IMG/VR virus record: IMGVR_UViG_2879736954_000011
Origin: a virus
Taxonomy: Duplodnaviria > Heunggongvirae > Uroviricota > Caudoviricetes
Strand: one strand, 5' to 3'
Length of the DNA: 17,009 bases
Under the pieces are notes generated by a model that was not told where the DNA came from, made no database searches, and saw only the letters and a list, made by a program, of their open reading frames with translations. Shown here in pieces: positions 16,629 to 17,009 of the stretch (position 1 is the first letter of the stretch; every line of letters begins with the position of its first letter). Position numbers and translations under genes: made by a program.

Positions 16629-17009
16629 GTGCAATATGCCTACATCAGGGTAAGCTCGGCCGATCAGAATACGGCCCGTCAGGAAGAGGCATTGTCAAAG
16701 GCGGGTTTTCAGCCTGATAAAATTTGTGTTGAGCATGCCAGCGCGAAGGACACAAACCGCCCGGGGTTACAGGAACTCCTGGGGCAATTACGCCCTGGTG
16801 ATACGCTTCTGGTTCATTCCATCGATCGCCTTTGCCGGAATATGTCGGATATGTGCGCTGTCACCACCCGGCTTCGTGACCAGGGCGTTACCCTTATTTT
16901 TCTGAAAGAGCAGCTGACGTTCAGCGCCGGCACAAACAATCCGATGCAGGAACTGCAGCTGCACATGATGTCGGCATTCAGCCAGTTTGAACGAGCCTTA
17001 CTGAAGGAA
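16629..17009 (+). CDS. Serine recombinase (resolvase/invertase family), N-terminal catalytic domain; 3'-partial at window end
   Basis: GTG start after GGAGG RBS; VQYAYIRVSSADQNTARQ (catalytic Ser in the YxRVSS motif), DTNRPGLQELL, GDTLLVHSIDRLCRN, SAFSQFERALL; frame open to the window end; absent from the ORF track because it has no stop. Confidence 0.8.
   Translation, partial: MQYAYIRVSSADQNTARQEEALSKAGFQPDKICVEHASAKDTNRPGLQELLGQLRPGDTLLVHSIDRLCRNMSDMCAVTTRLRDQGVTLIFLKEQLTFSAGTNNPMQELQLHMMSAFSQFERALLKE

Overview
This window reads as a mosaic lambdoid phage genome in the phage (attP) configuration rather than an integrated prophage. All identifications are by eye from the translations and from remembered lambda/P22 sequences; no database search was run. 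From left to right: (1) the right end of an IS3-family insertion sequence (window starts inside it) inserted into a tailspike/tail-fibre gene, leaving a C-terminal fragment; (2) an AT-rich acyltransferase-3 (O-antigen acetylase-like) gene on the opposite strand; (3) a 46-bp attP core identical to the 3' end of tRNA-Thr (thrW) as I recall it, abutting a P22-type integrase and excisionase; (4) an accessory block in the early-left operon (small DUF4222-like protein, TraR/DksA zinc finger, a 71-aa unknown, and a 250-aa protein with tRNA-guanine-transglycosylase/DpdA-like motifs); (5) a lambda-like early-left and immunity region: orf60a-like, exo, bet, gam, kil, cIII, ea10, ral (with a premature stop), orf28, N, nutL, pL/oL, rexB, rexA, cI, oR/pRM/pR, cro, nutR, cII, OOP RNA, O with ori iterons, P, ren, tR2, ninB; (6) a disrupted nin region where ninC is replaced by a short N6-adenine methyltransferase ORF followed by a PRiA4_ORF3-family protein, a repeat-containing res-like region and a serine recombinase running off the window end. 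The most interesting candidates are the TGT/DpdA-like gene between exo and xis (a possible DNA 7-deazaguanine modification / anti-restriction function) and the recombinase-associated cargo in the nin region.
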